IMG/VR virus record: IMGVR_UViG_3300045988_147571 | Strand: one strand, 5' to 3' | Length of the DNA stretch: 64,000 nt | Origin: a virus | Part shown: positions 60,236 to 64,000 of the stretch, in pieces | Position numbering within the stretch: the first letter of the stretch is position 1 | How the letters are laid out: every line of letters begins with the position of its first letter | Translations under genes and position numbers: made by a program | Notes under the pieces: generated by a model | What the model was told of the DNA's origin: nothing | Database searches by the model: none | What the model saw: only the letters and a program-made list of their open reading frames with translations

Positions 60236-61098
60236 TGGATTTAATACTCAATGAAAAACAATATGTAGAAAAAATGTTAGAACTTGGTGATTGCAGCCCT
60301 AAAGATTTAGGAGCAAACATAGCTCTTCTAACCAGATATATGTATCAGGAAAAATATACTCAGAAAGAAATTTATAATGGTATAGAAGAATTTGCTTCAA
60401 AAGTAGATTCTGATTTTGATATCAATAACTGGTACTCATTCATAGACAAATGTATCAGTAAAGCTAAGAAGAGAGATCTGTTGAACATTGACTATATACC
60501 TATTACGCAGAAAGAATTAGATACTATCAAGGAAATCAAGAATCCTGCCAGGGAAAGACTTGCATTCACTCTTTTAGTCATTGCCAAGTTTAATAATCTA
60601 AAATCAGAAACCAACAATAACTGGATCAATTATTCTATGGACGTATATTTCAACCTTGCCAGAGTAACTTGTAAAGTAGATGATCGTCCGTACATGATTT
60701 ATGACTTAAAGGAATTGGGGTTAGTTGAAGTGAGTAAAAAAATAACTCGCTTCAATATAAGAATCACATTTGTTGATAATGAGTCTGATCCGGTACTTAA
60801 AATTACAGATATGCGTGAATTGGGCTATCAATATCAGAACTTGGGTCCGAAGTCTAAAATAAAATTGTGTAAGCGCTGCGGGAAGCCTTATAAAGTAAAG
60901 AATTCCAAAGCAAGAAGTGCTTTCTGTTCCGACTGTCAGAGCCAAGTAGAATCAAAACCAAAAGTCATCAAATGTGAATGTTGCGGGAAAGATTTTTTAA
61001 CTTCTCCTTATAACACTCGTGCAACATTGTGTATACAGTGTCATACACTTCAAAGGAATGAATTAAATAAACTTGCCATGCGTAAAAGACGACAGTAA
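60235..61098 (+). CDS. hypothetical protein with C-terminal zinc fingers
   Basis: 287 aa. CKRCGKPY...CSDCQ...CECCGKDF...CIQCH. ATGA-type overlap with the polymerase stop. Confidence 0.6.
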   Translation: MDLILNEKQYVEKMLELGDCSPKDLGANIALLTRYMYQEKYTQKEIYNGIEEFASKVDSDFDINNWYSFIDKCISKAKKRDLLNIDYIPITQKELDTIKEIKNPARERLAFTLLVIAKFNNLKSETNNNWINYSMDVYFNLARVTCKVDDRPYMIYDLKELGLVEVSKKITRFNIRITFVDNESDPVLKITDMRELGYQYQNLGPKSKIKLCKRCGKPYKVKNSKARSAFCSDCQSQVESKPKVIKCECCGKDFLTSPYNTRATLCIQCHTLQRNELNKLAMRKRRQ

Positions 61099-61186
61099 AA
61101 GACCAACGGTGGGTAGTAGAGGGTTCTTTGTAGGTGTTTGAGGGCGTTTTAGGGGATTTGTGTACAGACCCTCAAAAGTTCAGTCT

Positions 61187-61217
61187 TCGCAAATGCGCTC
61201 TACAGGCGCGTTTGCGA
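61187..61217 (+). terminator. GC-rich terminator-like hairpin
   Basis: TCGCAAATGCGC tctacag GCGCGTTTGCGA (12-bp stem, one G-U) followed by GATTTCGTTGATT. Confidence 0.6.
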
Positions 61218-61258
61218 GATTTCGTTGATTGAGTATATATGAAAGGGAAGATATAAGG

Positions 61259-61489
61259 ATGAAAAACAATAATAGACTTTATTTTGCCAGACAGAAATTT
61301 TTAGGAAAATGTCCTGTCTGTGGGAAAACATTGAAAAAAGTAGATGGAGTAAATATCCTCCGCTGTAACAACGCAGCCTGTGCCGGAGTGACTGTGAGAA
61401 GAAATGGGGAGTCTTCTCAGGAACCTTACTACAGGATGCTGAATGACAGGGGTATGGAAATCTACGAACATCTATTTAATAAAAAATAA
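61259..61489 (+). CDS. small zinc-ribbon protein
   Basis: MKNNNRLYFARQKFLGKCPVCGKTL...CNNAAC. I prefer the ATG at 61259 over the TTG at 61229. Confidence 0.55.
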   Translation: MKNNNRLYFARQKFLGKCPVCGKTLKKVDGVNILRCNNAACAGVTVRRNGESSQEPYYRMLNDRGMEIYEHLFNKK

Positions 61490-61502
61490 ATTATAGAAAG
61501 AG

Positions 61503-61682
61503 TTGATTATTATTAAACCGATTTCTAAGAAAGAAATTGAAAAACTAATGGACAAAGGTATCATTAGAAACACACACAAAGGCTACATTAACAAAAAAGG
61601 ATATCATGTAGGATATTACAAGACCTCAGGCAATAACAGATATATTGAGGACTATTATGCTGATAAAGCAAAATCACTGTAA
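61503..61682 (+). CDS. 59-aa ORF (TTG start; below track cutoff)
   Basis: LIIIKPISKKEIEKLMDKGIIRNTHKGYINKKGYHVGYYKTSGNNRYIEDYYADKAKSL. An alternative start is the internal ATG (MDKG...). Confidence 0.4.
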   Translation: MIIIKPISKKEIEKLMDKGIIRNTHKGYINKKGYHVGYYKTSGNNRYIEDYYADKAKSL

Positions 61683-61696
61683 AGGAGTGCCTAACT

Positions 61697-62908
61697 ATTA
61701 CTAAATTTTATGATACGAATGCTCTCCTGAATCTTCAGGAAGAGGCATTCAAAGAAAGATTCTTTATCTCTGATGAAACTCTTAGAGAAATCGAAAATAT
61801 CAAAACATCCTCTCGGAAAGATGAGGATATCAAATACAAAGCTAGACATATAGCTCGTCTTTTAGATCAGAATCATGATCAGTATTCCGTAATAAATTAT
61901 AATTTTGAAATGGAAAAACAGCTGTTAAATTTCGAATTGGATCCAGTTAGACCAGACAATAGAATTGTTTTTAGTGCTTATACTCTATCCAAATCTCAAG
62001 ACATTGTATTCATTTCAGATGATTTGTGCTGCAAAAATATTGCAAGGAAAGTCTTTAACCTGCCAGTGTATGGAATCGTAGAGCCTACTAACGAGATATA
62101 TAAAGGATATAAAGTAATTAAAGGTGATACTAATGCTATCAATCAGGCTATGGCTGAACTAGATTATTCAACTTGGCATATCAATGAATATCTCATTATT
62201 GAAAATACCGATGACGGCACTACTAAAGAAATGCGCTATGACGGTCAGGGGTTTGTGGCATTAAAACTGCCATCTTCCAAATTTATTAAAGCAAAAAACT
62301 CTTTACAACGTTGTGCATTAGATATTTTGAATAACCCAGATATCACTATTGCGGCTATTCTCGGTGGTTACGGCAGCGGAAAAACTTATCTTTCTATGCA
62401 AATGGCATTATACAATGTAAAGGAGAAAGGCAGAAATAGTAAAATCTTAGGTGTACGAGAAGTTTCTGGCGAAGGTAAAGAGATCGGTTTTCTGCCAGGA
62501 GATATGGAAGATAAAGTCGGAAGATTCTTTGAACCACTCTCTCAGTCTCTTAATGGTGGAGAATTTGAATTACAGAGCTTAAAAGTGTCTGGTGTGTTAG
62601 ATACTAATGTACCGTTCTTTATGAAAGGTACTACTTATAATGACACTGTTATCCTCTGTGATGAAGCAGAAGATTTATCAGAAAGTCAAATTAAACTTAT
62701 TGGTACACGACTCGGAGAGAACAGTAAAATTTATCTTGCAGGTGATTATAAACAATCCCTGTTAAGTAAAACGATTAATAATCCTCTCATTAAAATGTGC
62801 AATGAGTTTAAAGGGAATGAAAAATTTGGATGTATCTATCTTGGAGAAGATGTGCGATCAGAAACCAGTAAACTCTTCGCTGATCTTTTCGAAAAGGATC
62901 ACTTCTAA
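61697..62908 (+). CDS. phoH: PIN-domain + PhoH-like ATPase (YlaK-type), probable ATT start
   Basis: Walker A LGGYGSGKTYLS and Walker B VILCDEAEDL. The frame is open upstream of the annotated ATG (61910) and encodes the PIN N-terminus (I)TKFYDTNALLNLQ. AAGGAG (61682-61687) lies 9 nt before the ATT at 61697. There is no ATG/GTG/TTG in that stretch. Confidence 0.8.
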   Translation: MTKFYDTNALLNLQEEAFKERFFISDETLREIENIKTSSRKDEDIKYKARHIARLLDQNHDQYSVINYNFEMEKQLLNFELDPVRPDNRIVFSAYTLSKSQDIVFISDDLCCKNIARKVFNLPVYGIVEPTNEIYKGYKVIKGDTNAINQAMAELDYSTWHINEYLIIENTDDGTTKEMRYDGQGFVALKLPSSKFIKAKNSLQRCALDILNNPDITIAAILGGYGSGKTYLSMQMALYNVKEKGRNSKILGVREVSGEGKEIGFLPGDMEDKVGRFFEPLSQSLNGGEFELQSLKVSGVLDTNVPFFMKGTTYNDTVILCDEAEDLSESQIKLIGTRLGENSKIYLAGDYKQSLLSKTINNPLIKMCNEFKGNEKFGCIYLGEDVRSETSKLFADLFEKDHF

Positions 62909-62935
62909 AAATATAAGGATTACAAGGAGAAACAT

Positions 62936-63553
62936 ATGGAAGAATTATTTGATTTTCCAATTATGAAAAGTGGAGTAGATGAATTAGTTGCTGACATCAT
63001 CAAAAGTAACTATGACAATCGTAGATTAATTATCAATGATAAAATCAATAATAATCTGTTAGAGTCCATCTGTTTATATATTTTGAAATATAATCAGGAA
63101 GATAAAGATGTTCCTGAAGATAAAAGAAAGCCTATTTGGATTATTTTAAATTCAGTAGGTGGAGTCGTAAACTTCGGAATGGGACTCATTGATTGTATTA
63201 AACATAGTATCACACCTGTTTATTGCTTAATAATTGGAATGGCTGCAAGTATGGCAAGTTATATTCCAATGGTCTGTGATAAATCATATATCTTTCCTAA
63301 TAGTACAATTTGTATTCATGACGGACAAACCGGTATTATGCAGACTTCCAGAAAAGCAAATGACATCATGAATTTTTATAATAAATGTGATGAACGATTA
63401 GCTGAACTTGTATATGCCAATACCTCTATTACCAAAGATTTTTTAGACGGTATTGCTGATCGAGAATATTATATGTTCCCAGAAGAAGCTAAAGAATTGG
63501 GAATTGTTGATACTATTGTTGGTGTCGATTGCCCTATTGATGAAATATTATGA
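62936..63553 (+). CDS. ClpP-family serine protease
   Basis: ILNSVGGVVNFGMGLIDCIK and LIIGMAASMASYI parallel ClpP INSPGG...G..IYD and GQAASMG (catalytic Ser). Confidence 0.75.
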   Translation: MEELFDFPIMKSGVDELVADIIKSNYDNRRLIINDKINNNLLESICLYILKYNQEDKDVPEDKRKPIWIILNSVGGVVNFGMGLIDCIKHSITPVYCLIIGMAASMASYIPMVCDKSYIFPNSTICIHDGQTGIMQTSRKANDIMNFYNKCDERLAELVYANTSITKDFLDGIADREYYMFPEEAKELGIVDTIVGVDCPIDEIL

Positions 63554-63894
63554 AATATTCCAAAAAAGAATTGATTGCTAAGGTTTCAGAAAAAACAGGC
63601 TATCAAGAAGAAAATATAGCTGAAATATATGAAGCTTTAGAAGAAACTGTGTATGATTTACTCCTGTCAGCAAATGAACATAAGGATGTAGAAATTCGAC
63701 TGTTCACAGGATTTGGTATGTTTAGTAAATTAGTACCAAGTCATGAGAAAAAGATGCCTGACGGAGAAATTAAATCAATAGAACCCACTTTAAAATTCTC
63801 TGCACGTTATAGTGCTCGTTGGAGAAAAGATAATATCAAAGTGTACAGAGAAGCTTTAAAACTATGGGAAAGAGTGAAAGGAAGAAAAGGATGA
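63550..63894 (+). CDS. HU/IHF-like DNA-binding protein
   Basis: KKELIAKVSEKTGYQEENIAEIYEALEETVYDLL ... FTGFGMF parallels the HU N-terminal helices and beta-arm start. Confidence 0.65.
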   Translation: MKYSKKELIAKVSEKTGYQEENIAEIYEALEETVYDLLLSANEHKDVEIRLFTGFGMFSKLVPSHEKKMPDGEIKSIEPTLKFSARYSARWRKDNIKVYREALKLWERVKGRKG

Positions 63895-64000
63895 ATGGCG
63901 TAGAAATTAAAACAACAACTACTACTCAGATGAAGATCAAAAAAGCTACCATTGATGAACAGGGGGCTGTTTATGTAGATGGCGAGGTAGTTGATCTTAT
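63891..64000 (+). CDS. hypothetical protein, 5' fragment (runs off window)
   Basis: ATGA overlap with the HU-like stop. MNGVEIKTTTTTQMKIKKATIDEQGAVYVDGEVVDL... Confidence 0.4.
   Translation, partial: MNGVEIKTTTTTQMKIKKATIDEQGAVYVDGEVVDL

Overview
AT-rich, very gene-dense segment that reads like part of a large (jumbo-type) phage or phage-plasmid of a low-GC Gram-positive host. The host inference rests on strong AGGAGG Shine-Dalgarno sites and TTGACA-17-TATAAT promoters.

Layout:
- nt 1-51723: an almost uninterrupted minus-strand block of about 100 short genes, many joined by ATGA/TAATG overlaps.
- nt 51724-54178: a largely non-coding divergent control region. It holds twin promoters, a structured leader, a 58-aa ribbon-helix-helix gene with palindromic operator, and iteron-like repeats.
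- From nt 53898: genes run on the plus strand.

Recognisable content:
- A P-type ATPase, cut by the window edge and missed by the ORF track.
- An NAD+ island: NadE, macro domain, NAMPT-like, Prs-like and PncA.
- NAD-dependent DNA ligase.
- Four tRNAs: Leu-UAG, Asp-GUC, Met/Ile-CAU and Gln-UUG.
- A pol-beta nucleotidyltransferase, a kinase-HD fusion and an AAA ATPase.
- A tyrosine integrase next to a DGQHR/ParB-like protein and a degenerate recombinase-like protein.
- HicA with small coupled partners.
- Antirepressor-type proteins (P22-Ant-like, Bro-N, AntA).
- PIN-PhoH, a ClpP-like protease and an HU-like protein.

No virion structural genes, rRNA or CRISPR array were seen.

Most interesting observations:
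1. The NAMPT-like/Prs-like pair has no NMNAT in the window (NARP1-type NAD+ reconstitution) and is embedded in a larger NAD/ADP-ribose gene set.
2. A 17-19 member family of 73-105 aa proteins lies in three tandem arrays. Its conserved C-terminal L-I-x-R-R motif doubles as the AGGAGG ribosome-binding site of the next gene. One array encloses a radical-SAM/SPASM-like enzyme. One subfamily carries a CarD/TRCF-RID-like signature.
3. A five-member family shares an N-terminal GFVTNSSSSSF motif.
4. A group I intron splits the D-x-D-G-D catalytic motif of a YonO/RdRP-like single-subunit RNA polymerase gene.
5. Coding anomalies: an in-frame TAA, an ATT start and an A10 frameshift.
6. A recurrent 15-nt element (AAACAAGTTTGTAAA) lies upstream of consensus promoters.

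All functional calls come from motif recognition by eye; no database search was possible.
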